64,000 bases of DNA from the human T2T-CHM13v2.0 reference genome, Homo sapiens (GCF_009914755.1 NC_060935.1), one strand, 5' to 3'; positions 29,101 through 50,000 are shown, counted from the stretch's first letter. The notes: a model not told the origin generated them from the letters alone. Program-made: numbers and translations.

Positions 29101-30718
29101 GATGGGGAAGAAGGTGTTCCCAACTCCCCAGAGGCCAATATCATCATGTTCAACAACTGGGGAGCAAGCTAAGCACACATATAACCTGCTCTCAATTTCA
29201 CTGGGGGGGGGGGTCAATGAAGGGCATATGTGAGTAGATCTCAAAAAAATGAATGCATAATATATATTTAAATTAAGTATAGTTTTTACTGACCCTTATG
29301 CAATTCTCTGGGCTAAATACCATGTCCTGACCCCAAGTAGAAAAGGACAAAATAGGAGAAAAGTCTTCTTCTAACCCATTTGAAAAGAAAAAAACAGAAA
29401 ACAGCAGCAAAATTAACATAACTCAAGACAGAAATGGAATTATACATCAAAAATCAAAGGAAAGTACCACAGAAAAGGTTATTTGACCAAAGATGCTAAT
29501 GAAGCACTTCCTCTCTGAGTGGGTTGATGGGAACTGCACTTCAGAGGCAAAGCCAATGAAATAAATGCTTCCTCATGGAAAGCATGGACCCAAGAGTCCC
29601 TCAGATCTATAAACCGTCAGCTAACTGGATGCAAATGTGTTTACAGCCTGCCTTCTTTGAAGCTACAATATTATGAAATGTTTACAGTGTTAGACCCCAT
29701 TATAAAAATTTGTTCTTTTGAAGAGGAAGTGAATTAAAGAAAACCACTATAGTTATACTACACTGAGTAAGTTACACAGGATCAAAGACTTGGAAAACTC
29801 ATGGTGTAAAACCAAAGATCTTCTACAATTGTGCAAGAACTATAAGTCTTCTAGTCTCCCAGGGATTTTTCATTCTGGAAAATTGTTTTCATCATTGGAC
29901 TTTCTATGATGTCTGTAGCATCATGGATAGAGTCATACCCTGTGACAAATGACCTTGTCCAGATGATACCAAAAAATGTCAAAAAATGAGAGCTGGCTTA
30001 CAATGGTATTTTTGTTCCTGATGCTATTAAAACTTCACCTCTTTTTTTAAAAAAAAACTTTAAACAGCTTTTTACTTGGACAATTGGCTGATAGTGAGTC
30101 AAACTAGCCAAGAAAATCATTCCTGCAAGCTTCTGATTTTCTATTTTTATTCCCCAGGAATCATGGTTCATAAAGACAAACTAAGACTTGGAAAAGAGAA
30201 AGGCAAGCTAAAATTCAACCCAATGGAGAAAGTGACAACACTTAGCCCATAGAGGGCCAAATTTGTGAAAGGTTCATGTTGCATGAACTCCAAATCCTGT
30301 CTTTATTCCACCCTAAGTCTTCTAAAAAATAGAGCCAAGGAAATTCTCATCTAGAAAACATACTTTCTGAACTACAAATATTATTTCCATTTTTAATGTA
30401 GGAAATTATCGGTTTTCCATGGGACTAAGAAAAAGAAGGAAGTCTCTTGAGCCCTTACAGGTGTGAAAATAAGAGTCCCACCCATGTCTTTGTGATTGTG
30501 GGCAGTGATGCCAACTACTGCATGGGAGGCTGATCAATGTCCACAAAATGACAAAAATGCCATCTCACGCAACAATGTACTCAGCAAATTGGTGCTTTCC
30601 ATCTATTTTGGGAGATAAAATTATAACCAGAGTGTTGCTTTATGAAAACAGAACAAGAACAAAGATGGTTAAAGATCAATGACCCCAATATTCACAATAC
30701 AATTCTTAAAATAAAGAT

Positions 30719-30891
30719 TTGCCAGGTGTGGTGGCCTGTGCCTTTGGTCCCAGCTACTTGGGAGGCTAAAGTGGGAATGGATCCCTTAACCCTGGGAGGT
30801 GGAGGCTGCAGTGAGTCACGATCATGCCACTTGCACTCCAGCCTGGGTGACAGAGCAAGACCCTGTCTTATAAAATAAAATCAAATAAAAA
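30719..30891 (+). mobile_element. Alu right monomer (FRAM/AluJ fragment)
   Basis: GCCAGGTGTGGTGG…GACAGAGCAAGACCCTGTCT plus A-rich tail. Confidence 0.85.
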
Positions 30892-32394
30892 GGGCTCAAG
30901 CATGTAATTCCTCACATATTCCTCAGTCTCAAAGTACCCCTTCATGAATTTCATGTTTTGAAAAATCCTGCATTTATTAATAGTTAATTTATTTTCCAAT
31001 GTTTAAAGACACATAACTGCCAAGCAGAACTTTTGATACTTGCGTGAGATAACCAGTATTAATAGTTTTATTCCATTTAATTCTAGGCAAAGACAGAGGA
31101 ATGTGATATCTTGGTTAAGCTGTGTAAATTTATGATGGATAAATATAAGGTTTCTATTAGTTTTTTTTTGACATGTTGACAATAGCTCTTGGACTCCTAT
31201 TACTGCTGTTATGGAGCTCAAGGAATTCTGAAAAGAGCCCAGTCTTTTGCTTCCTTAGGCCTCTCATGTCTGTGTTTGCTTCACTATTCGTCATACAAGG
31301 TCCTCATTTCCCTCATAGGGACTAAATTCCTTCTTGACTAGTCTCCCAGACTCTGTTTCTGTCTCCTACCTGGGGCCAGATGATCTGTCTAAAGTTCAAA
31401 TCCTATAGTGTCACTCTTCAGTGTTCATCTTCAGAGCTAAGGTTTAACTCTTCATGCAGGCAAACAGCAGCCCATGCCCCCTACCCCATGACTTTCCCTC
31501 CTGCCCCATCCTTCCACACACTCTGTCCTCCATTCAGAACCACCCACAAATCCTCTCAAACCATACAGTTTTGCTATTGCTATATTTGCTTAGAACATCT
31601 TTCCCCCATCTTCTCTTCCCAGGGAATCCCAATCTATCTTTTAGGTCTTAGCCTTGACACACCAAGAAAAAGTAATCACCCTTGGAAAGAGGTTACAGCA
31701 ACCTTCCTTTTCACTTGATGCAACACATTATTTATATAATTTAAGATCAAAGGCCAGCTACTTTAAGAAACCTTCTTACCCTTCTTTCTCCCCATGAATG
31801 CAAAACTTGGACAAATTATTGATAACATACTTTTAATATAATATGAAACCTATTATACTGCTTTACTCTTATGAGCTTGCTAGTCTGTCTGTTCTTTACA
31901 CTCTAGGTTCCTTGAGAGCAAGGACCATGAACCCAGCACAGTGCCTGGAACACAGTAGGTTCTCAATAAGTTTATTGAATAAGTCAGTGAACGGTCTCAG
32001 GGAATCTGGAAATGAGACTTGCTGATGCCCCTTACTATCTGGAAGACCATGGGCAACTCAGTCCTCTGGGCTCCAGCATCCTCCCCTGTATAACGAAGGT
32101 AATAACGCCTGCCTCACAAGCTTTTTGTGGGGATCAGATGAGATGACCAATCAGGAGCACTTTATAATGGTAAAACACAAATATTTGATTTCCTTTTATT
32201 ATGAAGAATGCTGAGGAAGCATGGGAAGTAATTGCAATAAGCAGTGGTGGTCACTGTGAGGGGTGTGGAGGGCAGAGAGCGGAACATACAGACTGGGTTC
32301 TGGTGAATCCCAAGAACACAGGGGGGCAGCCCCGGTTGCTCTACCTTCTAACTCTATTTCTAATCTGACCGCTCCTGCCTCTCCGTGACCCCTC

Positions 32395-32911
32395 CATCCC
32401 AGCACCCATCTTCTCCTGCTCCAATGACTGCACTAGCCTCTAACTGGTCTTGCTTCTTCCACTCTTGCCCTCTTCCAATCTGTTCTCCATACAGCAGCCA
32501 GAGAGATCTTTGACTAATGTAAGTCAAAAGCACTTCCTTGCTTAGAACCATTTAATAGTGTCCTGCTTTACAGAGGATGAAACCCAGCCCACATACACAG
32601 ACTCCCAGGCCTGGGACAATCTGACCCCTGAGCTCTTTCCACCCTGATTTTATGCAATTTCCTTTTACTCATCACACTCCTATTAGACTGTCTATTGTCA
32701 GCTCCCAGAGCCTTCCATGCCAAGCTATTTGTGGTCTCCAGACTCTACGTGATATAAGCTGTTCCCTCTGCCCCAAACAGTCTTACTGCAGCTTCTCCTC
32801 TGGCTGGCTCTTTCTTTAGGTCTATTCTTAAATATCGCCTCCTTAAGAGGTCTTCTGTAGATTCCCTGTTATTCTCTTACACTATACTCTGTTTATTTAT
32901 TCCGTACCACC
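32395..32911 (+). mobile_element. L2 3' region, left half (split by the L1 nest)
   Basis: CTAACTGGTCT…TCTCCATACAGCAGCCAGAGAGATCTTT…GCTGTTCCCTCTGCC…; continues at ~45904. Confidence 0.75.
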
Positions 32912-35442
32912 AATAACCATTGTTAGGATTCCCAGGCAAGATGGTCAAATAGGAGCAGCTCCGGTCTGCAGCTCCCAATGAGACCAACACAGAAGGCGGG
33001 TGATTTCTGCATTTCCAGCTGAGGTACCTGGCTCATCTCACTGGGACTGGTTAGACAGTGGGTGCAGCCCATAGAGGGTGAGCAGAAGCAGGGTGGGGCA
33101 TCGCCTCACCTGGGAAGTGCAAGGGGTTGGGGAACTCTCTCCCTTAGCCAAGGGAAGCCATGAGGGACTGTGCCATGAGAGACGAAGCTATGTGGCCCAG
33201 ATACTACGCTTTTCCCACTGTCTTTGCAACCCGCAGACCAGGAGATTCCCTCGGGTGCCTACACCACCAGGGCCCCAGGTTTCAAGCACAAAGCCAGGCA
33301 GCCTTTTGGGCAGACACCAAACTAGCTGCAGGAGTATTTTTTTTGTAACCTAGTGGCAGCTGGAACACCAGCAAGACAGAACTATTCACTCCCCTGGAAA
33401 GGGGGCTGAAGCCAGGGAGCCAAGTGGTCTAGCTCATCAGATCCCACCCCCACAGAGCCCAGCAAACTAAGATCCACTGGCTTGAAATTCTCACTGCCAG
33501 CACAGCAGTCTGAAGTCAACCTGGGACACTCCAGCTTGGTGGGGGGAGGGGTGTCCACCATTTCTGAGGCTTGAGTAGGCCGTTTTCCCCTCACAGTGTA
33601 AACAAAGCCACCAGGAAGTTTGGACTGTGCGGAGCCCACTGCAGCTCGTTGTAGCCAGACTCTCTAGATTTCTCCCCTTTGGGCAGGGCATCTCTGAGAA
33701 AAAGTCAGCAGCCCCAGTCAGGGGCTTATAGATAAAACTCCCATCTCCCTGGGACAGAGCACCTGGGGGAAAGGGTGGCTGTGGGTGCAGCTTCAGCAGA
33801 TTTAAATGTTCCTGCCTGCCGGCTCTGAAGAGAACAGCAGACCTCCCAGCACAGCAATCGAGCTCTGCTAAGGGATAGACTGCCTCCTCAAGTGGGTCCC
33901 TGACCCCTGTGCCTCCTGAAGGAGAGACACCTTCCAGCAGGGGTCAACAGACACCTCATACAGGAGAGCCCCAGCTGGCATCTGGGAGGTGCCCCTCTGG
34001 GACGAAGCTTCCAGACGAAGGAACAGGCAGCAATCTTCACTGTTCTGCAGCATCTGCTGGTGATATCCAGGCAAACAGGGTCTGGAGTGGACCTCCAGCA
34101 AACTCCAGCAGACCTGCAGAAGAGCGACCTGACTGTTAGAAGGAAAACTTACAAACAGGAAGCAATAGCATCGACATCAACAAAAAGAACGAACGCTCAA
34201 AAACCCCATCTGAAGGTCACCAGAATCAAAGACCAAAGGTAGACAAATCCACGAAGATGAGGAAAAACCAGGGCAAAAAGGCTGAAAATGACAAAATCCA
34301 GAATGCTGCTTCTCCTCAAAAAGATCACAACTCTTTGCCAGCAAGGAAACAAAACTGGACAAAGAATGAGTTTGAATTGACAGAAGTAGGCTTCAGAAGG
34401 TGGGTAATAACAAACTCCTCCAAGCTAAAGGAGCATATGCTAACCTAATGCAAGGAAGCTAAGAACCTTGATAAAAGGTTACAGGAACTGCTAACTAGAA
34501 TAACCAGTTTAGAGAAGAACATAAATGACCTAATGGAGCTAAAAAACACAGCACAAGAATTTCATGAAACATACACAAGTATCAATAGTGAAATCAATCA
34601 AGTGGAATAAAGGATATCAGAGACTGTAGATTAACTTAGTAAAATAAAGCATGAAGACAAGATTAGAGAACAAAGAATGAAAAGTAACAAACAAAGCCTC
34701 TAAGAAATATGGGACTATGTGAAGAGATGAAACCTACGTTTGATTGGTGTACCTGAAAGTGACGAGGAGAATGGAACCAAGTTGGGAAACACACTTCAGG
34801 ATATTATCCAGGAGAACTTCCCCAACTTAACAAGACAGGCCAACATTCAAATTCAGGAAATGCAGAGAACAAAACTAAGATAATCCATGAGAAGAGTAAC
34901 CCCAAGACACATAATCATCAGATTCACCAAGATTGAAATGAAGGAAAAAATGTTAAGGGCAGCCAGAGGGAAAGGTCAGATTACCCATAAAGGGAAGTCC
35001 ATCAGACTAACAGTGGATCTCTCTGCAGAAACCCTACAAGCCAAAAGAGAGTGAAGGCCAACATTCAACATTCTTGGAGAAAATAATTTTCAAGCCAGAA
35101 TTTCATATCCAGCCAACCAAGCTTCATAAGTGAGGGAGAAATAAAATCTTTTACAGACAAGCAAATGCTGAGGGATTTTGTCACTACCAGGCCTGCCTTA
35201 CAAGAGCTCCTGAAGGAAGCACTAAATACAGGAAGGAAAAACTGGTACCAGCCACTGCAAAAACGTATCAAAAAGTAAAGACGATTGACACTGTGAAGAA
35301 ACTGCATCAACTAATGGGCAAAATAACCAGCTAGCATCATAATGACAGGATCAGATTCACACATAACAATATTAACCTTAAATGTAAATGGACTAAATGC
35401 CCCAATTAAGAGACACAGACTGGCAAATTGGATAAAGAATCA

Positions 35443-35796
<354 letters not shown>

Positions 35797-38779
35797 TTAA
35801 ACCAACAAAGATCAAAAAAGACAAAGAAGGGCATTACATAATGGTAAAAGGATCAATGCAACAAGAAGAGCTAAGTATCCTAAATATATATGCACCCAGT
35901 ACAGGAGCACCCAGATTCATAAAGCAAGTTCTTAGAGACCTACAAAGAGACTTAGACTCCCACACAATAATAGTGAGAGACTTTAACACCCCACTGTCAA
36001 TATTAGACAGATCAACGAGACATAAAATCAACAAGGATATTTCAGGACTTGAACTCAGCTCTGCACCAAGTGGAGCTAATAGACATCTACAGAACTCTCC
36101 ACCCCAAATCAACAGAATATACATTCTTCTCAGAACCACATAGCACTTATTCTAAAATTGACCACATAATTGGAAGTAAAATACTCCTCAGCAAATGCAA
36201 AAGAATGGAAATCATAACTAACATTCTCTCAGACTGCAATGCAATCAAATTAGCATTTAGGATTAAGAAACTCACTCCAAACTGCAGAACTACATGGAAA
36301 CTGAGCAACGTACTCCTGAATGACTACTGGGTAAATAACAAAACTAAGGCAGAAATCAAGAAGTTCTTTGAAACCAGTGAGAACAAAGATATAACATACC
36401 AGAATCTCTGGGACACAGCTAAAGCAGTATTAAGAGGGGAGTTTACAGAACAAAGAGACAATGTACCACAATCTGTGGGACACAGCTAAAGCAGTGTTAA
36501 GAGGAAAATTTGTAGCCCTAAATGCCCACATCAGAAAGCTGGAAAGATCTCAAATCGACACCCTAACATCACAATTAAAAGAACTAGAGAAGCAAAAGCA
36601 AACAAATTCAAAAGCTAGCAGAAGACAAGAAATAACTAAGATAAGAACACAACTGAAGGAGATAGAGACACAAAAAACCTTTCAAAAAAAAAAAATCAAT
36701 GAATCCAGGGAACTGGTTCTTTGGAAAGATTAACAAAACAGATGTACTGCTAGAACGATTCTTCTCCTTTTCTTCTTTATTAATCTAATAGACATAATAA
36801 AAAATGATAAAGGGGATATCACCACTGATCCCAAAGAAATACAAACTACCATCAGAGAATACTATAAACACCTCTATGCATATAAACTAGAAAATCTAGA
36901 AAAATGTGAATAAATTCCTGGACACATACACCCTCCCAAGAAGACAAATCAATGATTAGACCAATAACAAGTTCTGAAATTGAGGCAGTATTTAATAGCC
37001 TACCAACCAAAAAAGCCCAGGACCAGGCGGATTCACAGCCAAATTCCACCAGAGGTACAAAGAGGAGCTGGTACCATTCCTTCTAAAACTATTCCAAGCA
37101 ACAGAAAAAGAAGGACTCTGCCCTGTTTTTATGAGGCCAGAATCATCCTGATACCAAAATCTGTCAGAGACACAACAAAAAAAAGAAAATTTCAGGCCAA
37201 TATCTCTGATGAACATCAATGCAAAAATTCTTAATTAAATACTGGCAAACCGAATCCAGCAGCACATTAAAAAGCTTGTCAGCCACCATCAACTTGGCTT
37301 CATCCCTGGGATGCAAGGCTGGTTCAACATACACAAATCAATAAAAGTTATTCATCACATAAACAGAACCAAAGACAAAAACCACATGATTATCTCAATA
37401 GATGCAGAAAAGTCCTTTGAAAATTCAACACCCCTTCATGCTAAAAACACTCCATAAACTAGGTATTGATGGGACATATCTCAAAATAATAAGAGCTACT
37501 TATGACAAACCCACAGCCAATATCATACTGAATGGGCACAAGCTGGAAGCATTTCCTTTGAAAACTGGCACAAGACAAGGATGCCCTCTCTCACCACTCC
37601 TATTCAACATAATATTGACAGTTCTGGCCAGGGCAATCTGGCATGAGAAAGAAATAAAATATATTCAAATAGGAAGAGAGGAAGTCGGATTGTCTCTGTT
37701 TGCAGATGACATGATTGTATATTTAGAAAACACCATCATCTCAACCCAAAAACTCTTTAAGCTGACAAGCAACTTCAGTAAAGTCTCAGGATACAAAATC
37801 AATGTGCAAAAATCACAAGCATTCATATACACCAATAATAGACAAACAGCCAAATAATGAGTGAACTCCCATTCACAATTCCTATGAAGGGAATAAAATA
37901 CCTAGGAATACAACTTACAAGGATGTGAAGGACTCCTTCAAGGAGAACTACAAACCACCGCTTAAGGAAATCAGAGAGGACACAAACAAATGGAAAAACG
38001 TTCCATGCTCATGGACAGGAACAATCAATATTGTGAAAATGGTCATATTGCCCAATAATTTATAGATTCAATGCTATTCCCATCAAGCTACCATTGACTA
38101 TCTTCACAGAATTAGGAAAAACTACTTTCAATTTCATGTGGAACCAAAAAAGAGCCTATATAGCCAAGACAATCCTAAGCAAAAAGAACACAGTTGGAGG
38201 CATCATGCTACCTGACTTCAAACTATACTACGATGCTACAGTAAACAAAACAGCTTGGTACTGGTACCAAAACAGATATATAGACTAATGGAACAGAACA
38301 GAGACCTCAGAAATAATACCACATATCTACAACCATCTGATCTTTGACAAACTTGACAAAAACAAGCAATGGGGAGAGGATTCCCTACTTAATAAATGGT
38401 GTTGGGAAAACTGGCTAGCCATATGCAGAAAACTGAAACTGGACCCCTTCCTTATACCTTATACAAAAATTAACTCAAAATGGATTAAATATTTAAACAT
38501 AAGACCTAAAACCATAAAAACCCTAGAAGAAAACCTAGGCAATACCATTCAGTACATACGTATGGGCAAATACTTCATGGCTAAAACACCAAAAGCAATG
38601 GCAACAGAAGCCAAAATTGACAAATGGGATCTAATTAAACTAAAGAGCTTCTGCACAGCAAAAGAAACTAGCATCAGAGTGAGCAGGCAACCTACAGAAT
38701 GGGAGAAAATTTTTGCTATCTATCCATCTGACAAAGGGCTAATATCCAGAATCTACAAGGAAGTTAAACAAATTTACAA

Positions 38780-44920
<6,141 letters not shown>

Positions 44921-45903
44921 AAAAAAATTTACAAGAGAAAAGCAAATAACCCCATCAAAAAGTGGGTAAAGGATATGAACAGACACTTCTCAAAAGAAGA
45001 CACTAATGCGGCTGATAAACATATGAAAAAAAAAAAGCTCATGATCAGTGGTCATTAGAGCAATGCAAAGTAAAACTACAATGAGGTATCATCCCATGCC
45101 AGTTAGAATGGCAATCATTAGAAAGTCAGGAAACAACAGATGCTGGAGAGGATGTGGAGAAATAGGAATGCTTTTATACTGTTGGTGGGAGTGCAAATTA
45201 ATTTAACCATTGTGGAAGACAGTGTGGGGATCCCTCAAGGATCTAGAATTAGAAATACCGTTTGACCCAGCAATCCCATTACTGGGTATATACTCAAAGG
45301 ATTATAAATCATTCTGCTATAAAGACACATGCACATGTATGTTTATTGCAGCACTATTCACAATAGCAAAGACTTGGAACCAACCCAAATGCCCATCAAT
45401 GATAGGCTGGATACAGAAAATGTGGCACATATACACCATGGAATACTATGCAGCCATAAAAAAGAATGAGATTGTGTCCTTTGCAGGGACATGGATGAAG
45501 CTGGAAGCCATCATTCTCAGCAGACTAACACAGGAACAGCAAACCAAACACCACATGTTCTCATTCATAAGTGGGAGTTGAACAATGAGAACACATGGAC
45601 ACAAGGAGGGGAACATCATACATTGGGGCCTGTAGGAGGGGGTGGGGGGCAAGGGGAGGGATAGCATTACCAGAAATAGCTAATGTAAATGATGGGTTGA
45701 TGGGTGCAGGAAACCACCATGGCACGTTTATACCTATGTAATAAACCTGCACATTCTGCACGTGTATCCCAGAACTTCAGTATAATAATAAAAAAAAGAT
45801 AATGCAGCCCTGCAGTTCACAATTACATGCTTGCTATGGTATTAACTTGTGACCAAACTAGAAGAAAGACTCCTGAGGTATCATTTTCCTTTAGAAAAAA
45901 AAT

Positions 45904-46080
45904 AATAACCATCTTTATAATGTTGTTCGTTCACTTATTTATTATCTGTCTTTCTCACTAGATTGTACACTCAGCAATAAGAAGAATCATAGCTGGCAAG
46001 CTTATGATGTTATTCTCAATACCTCACAGTGCCTAGAAGATAGCAGGTGCTCAGTAAACATTGGGTGGATGGATGGATGG
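45904..46080 (+). mobile_element. L2 3' end, right half
   Basis: TTTATTATCTGTCTTTCTCACTAGATTGTA…ACAGTGCCTAG…GGTGCTCAGTAAACATTGG plus (GGAT)n tail. Confidence 0.8.
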
Positions 46081-46300
46081 ACAGGGATTCAGGGATGCAA
46101 GTAAAGAAGACATGAGTTCTAGGACAGGAAGCAGGATAATGTAAGATGAATAGCTCTTCTTAGGTTGGCAACCCTCAGCATCTTAGGGGTACCATGAAGA
46201 ACCTCAGGATATGCCTCATATATGAGGCGGTCTTTAAGGAAGAAGAGGCCATGAAAACAGGAGATGGGAGAGATGTAGGCAAAGTTTACCTTCTTCACAA

Positions 46301-46592
46301 TTTTTTTTTTTTTGAGACAATCTCATGCTGTCGCCCAGGCTGGAGTGCAGGGCGCGATCTTGGCGTACTGCAACCTCCACCTCCCGAGTTCAAGCATTTG
46401 TCCTGCCTCAGCCACCCGAGTAGATAGGATTACAGGCATGCGTCACCAGCCCAGCTAATTTTTGTATTTTTAGTAGAGATGGGGTTTCATCATGTTGTCC
46501 AGCCTGGTCTCGAACTCCTGAGGTCAAGTGATCCACCTGCCTCAGCCTCTCAAAATGCTGGGATTATAGGTGTGAGCCACTGCACTCAGCCT
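46301..46592 (-). mobile_element. AluS
   Basis: Reverse dimeric Alu, CAATTTTT on both flanks. Confidence 0.92.
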
Positions 46593-49500
46593 GCAATTTT
46601 TCCTCTGCTTGCAAATAATATATGTAACACACCTGTAAGAGTAACTGGCACAGTAGGCATTATATGTGATTGTTATTATTTTTAATGTGATTGTGCCAGT
46701 AATTTTGAGCCCCAGAGGAGGCAGCTGACTCTGTCCAGTTGACAGTAGTAGATCACAGAACATTGAATAGCTCAGTTAACAAGAGAGTGGCTAAGGATGC
46801 TTGGACCCTCCAGTCCTGCAGTCAAAGCCAGTTACCAGAGGCAGGACTGCCCCTCTGCTTGGCAGGCCCTCGCTCCTGGCACCACCTGGCCAGCTGCCCC
46901 ACTGGCACCCATGCCATCATCTCCCACAAGCATGGCTAGGCTCCTCAGACATGAGGAGAAGCTGCTGCCAGCTCTGGGAGTGTGAGAACAGGGGAAATGT
47001 TTCAGCTCTGATGGGTGGATTTAAAAGTCTGTTTCTAAAAATGGCTATTAATAGGTTTTTCTCTACACCAACCATCTCTACTCCTGTTTCATCAACAGCA
47101 ACTGCATTGCTATTCACTGTCCTTGTGACCTCAAGTGATTTTACCAGTCAAAAAAAATCTACTGCCTAGAATAGACCAAAAATAAAAGAGATAAGAAAGG
47201 AGAGTATGACATGAAGGCTAAGCTTTCTGTCAGTTTGTGTAATGTTTTCAAGATCATGTTACTGCAAAGAAATACATAAAATTCAAAAGGAGGGTGGCAA
47301 CTGGGAACTCACACAGTCATCAGAAACGGACACACAGGAGCGACAGCAGGAGCTACCTCAACAGATGCTTAGGTTTGCAACATACGTTGTTTAATATTAA
47401 AGCACTTCATCTGCATTGTTTTAATATTCAAGTTTTTTTATGGAGAGACTCAAAAGCCCTCTGCCTAAGTTGACTGAGGCTGATTCAAGACCCTATTTCA
47501 AGATGGCAGGCAAAGAGCTACCTTTCAAAGATGGTAGGTAGAAGAGACAGACATCACTCAAGGAGGGAGTTCCCCTTCACCACTTACTTCCTGGACAGGA
47601 CATCAACCCCTCAGGGCCTCTGAAAACTTATGTAGACTAGTGATAAAATGCTAGGATATTATCTGCCCAAAGCCTAAATGCTAGTCAAGATGACCTCTTT
47701 GTCTTCTGGGGGGATGATCATCTTGTGTTCCAACAGAGGAGAAAAGTTTGGTTCACATTGTGTATGCAAGTATTTATTAACTACCCGTGGCAGTGTGGAT
47801 GGAGACTATCTTAAAACTTCCTGCCCCGTCTAACTGCTAGCTGGGTGAAGTTGGCCCAGCCATACCCTATTTAGCTGGCTATGAAACAACATTTTAACTT
47901 TTATCCTAAATTCCCATGGTAGACATTCTCTTAACTTGCTGTCTCACTATCAGAATCTCATGAGACTGGGAGCGTTATAATGGTGACAGGCAGGAAGGTA
48001 GATAGAGACATAGATGATAGCTGAATGGATGGATGGACCAATCAATCGATAGATAGATCCAAATTTGGCTGGATCTATTTTTTTTTTAAGTTAGTTTTTA
48101 AACCTTGGTTAGAATATACCAAAATGTTGGGACAAAATCCTGAGACTACTGATGATATCCACTATCTTCAACACCAGCTTCAACTTCCAGAACTACTAGC
48201 TCTTTAAATGACACTTGAATTTCTGCTGCTAGTGACATTTTAATTTAAGCTTCTCTCAGGCAAATGTCTAGATTATCCAGGCTTAAGCTCTATCCAGTAC
48301 TGGGAAATCATCACTAAAGTCTCCACCCAGTCTGCCTGTTCTCTGACTCACTCTTCTCCTGTCAAGTCTGCCAAAATTAGATGTAGCCCATGGCCATCGA
48401 AAGTGAGTTTGATCCTTCAGTCTTCCCCTCTCCTTCCGGACTGGATGCTTTCAGGGGGCATGTACCAGATGTAAACTCTATCACATCTGTGACTTCTGCA
48501 GCCCACACAGGGCTTCACAATGTGTTAGGAATGCAACAGAAGCTTTAGGATGTGCATTAATCAAGAACTAATTGGACACTTACCATCTGCTTTACATACA
48601 TTACTTCACTTAATCATTATAGCAACTTGTCAAGTAGATATGTTTTATTGTCATCCCTTTCACAGACAAGGAAATGGAGGTTCAGAGAAATATCCCATAT
48701 CTAGAGAATGGCAGAGATGGGATTGGAATCTTAGATTGTTCTGAGTGTAATTCCCTCGATTTTTAGCCTTTGAGCTCTGCTGCCTAATACCTGGTCACAG
48801 GCTATGCCCCTTGAGGGTGTCACACAAAATTGATTCTAGCTGACTACTTTCCTTTACTCCCCAAATCCTCTAACCTGTTCCAAGTTAGAACAGGTCTAAA
48901 TTTAATGTCTTTAAAGCAGCCCACGGATGAGAATTGATAATCTCATCACAAAAGATGCTATTCTTTAGAGGAAGTGCACCTGGCACAACATCAGAGCAGA
49001 AAACTCTCTTAAAGAAATGTATTTCCAAAATTTGTATGATGAAATAAAAGATTTTTTGTGGCTTTCAAAATTCTCCAGTCCCCATGGAGTGATCTAAAAG
49101 AGGGTCAGGTCAAGATTTTCACCATCTTTTCAAAAGAGCTGACAGATGGGGCTGATGTATCATCAGTCTTCACCATATAGTTTCTGATACATCAAGGAGA
49201 AGGGAATGTAGAGGCAATTCATGTAACTAATTTTTACTGAGGTTACACTATCAGGAAGGCATTGCATGCTGGCTATGAGATGCCCACGACAGTCTCCTGG
49301 ATCTGAAGAAAACACATGCACATGATGGCGATACATGTGCTAATAAATGTACACTAAGGCCAAATGTGGAAAGAGCCATGACTACTACAAATGCTACATG
49401 CCAAAGAAATGTAGAGGATGAATGAATTACTGCCATGTGGCGTTATCGAGGAGGGCATCATAGCAGAGGTGACCCTGGAGATGCTGAACCCTGAAGCATG

Positions 49501-50000
49501 CCAAAGTTTTTAAGTGGATCCGGTATGGATGGGGCACCCAGGCATTGTGCAACACAAAAGTGAGGGAAAGAACAAAACCAAAGAGCATGTCAAAGTACTG
49601 GAGAGATGTCTTTAATTCTATTTGTAGAATTAGAAATGTCATGATATTATTTAGCTTTCTGAAGATGAGGTCTCTTACAGGGTACATGTCTATTGCTCAA
49701 TTTCTGCACATAGAGCTACAAAAGCAATGGATGACTATACTCAGAGACAATGCCATTCTGTCTCATTATCTGACCTAAATAGCTTCTCCTCCACCATCTT
49801 CATCTACCACCTCTGACACTTCCACAGGTGTCAGCCTTGCCAACACTGCCATTGGAAGTGTTTCTGCACCTCTCTTCTGTGCTTCCATAGCACTTGTATG
49901 AATGCACCTCTCGTTACATCTAACCACTGAATTAGAATTGCCCCTTACTAACTGGTCCTCACTTGCACCCCTCTTACGCTATAAGCTCCTTCAAGGCAGA

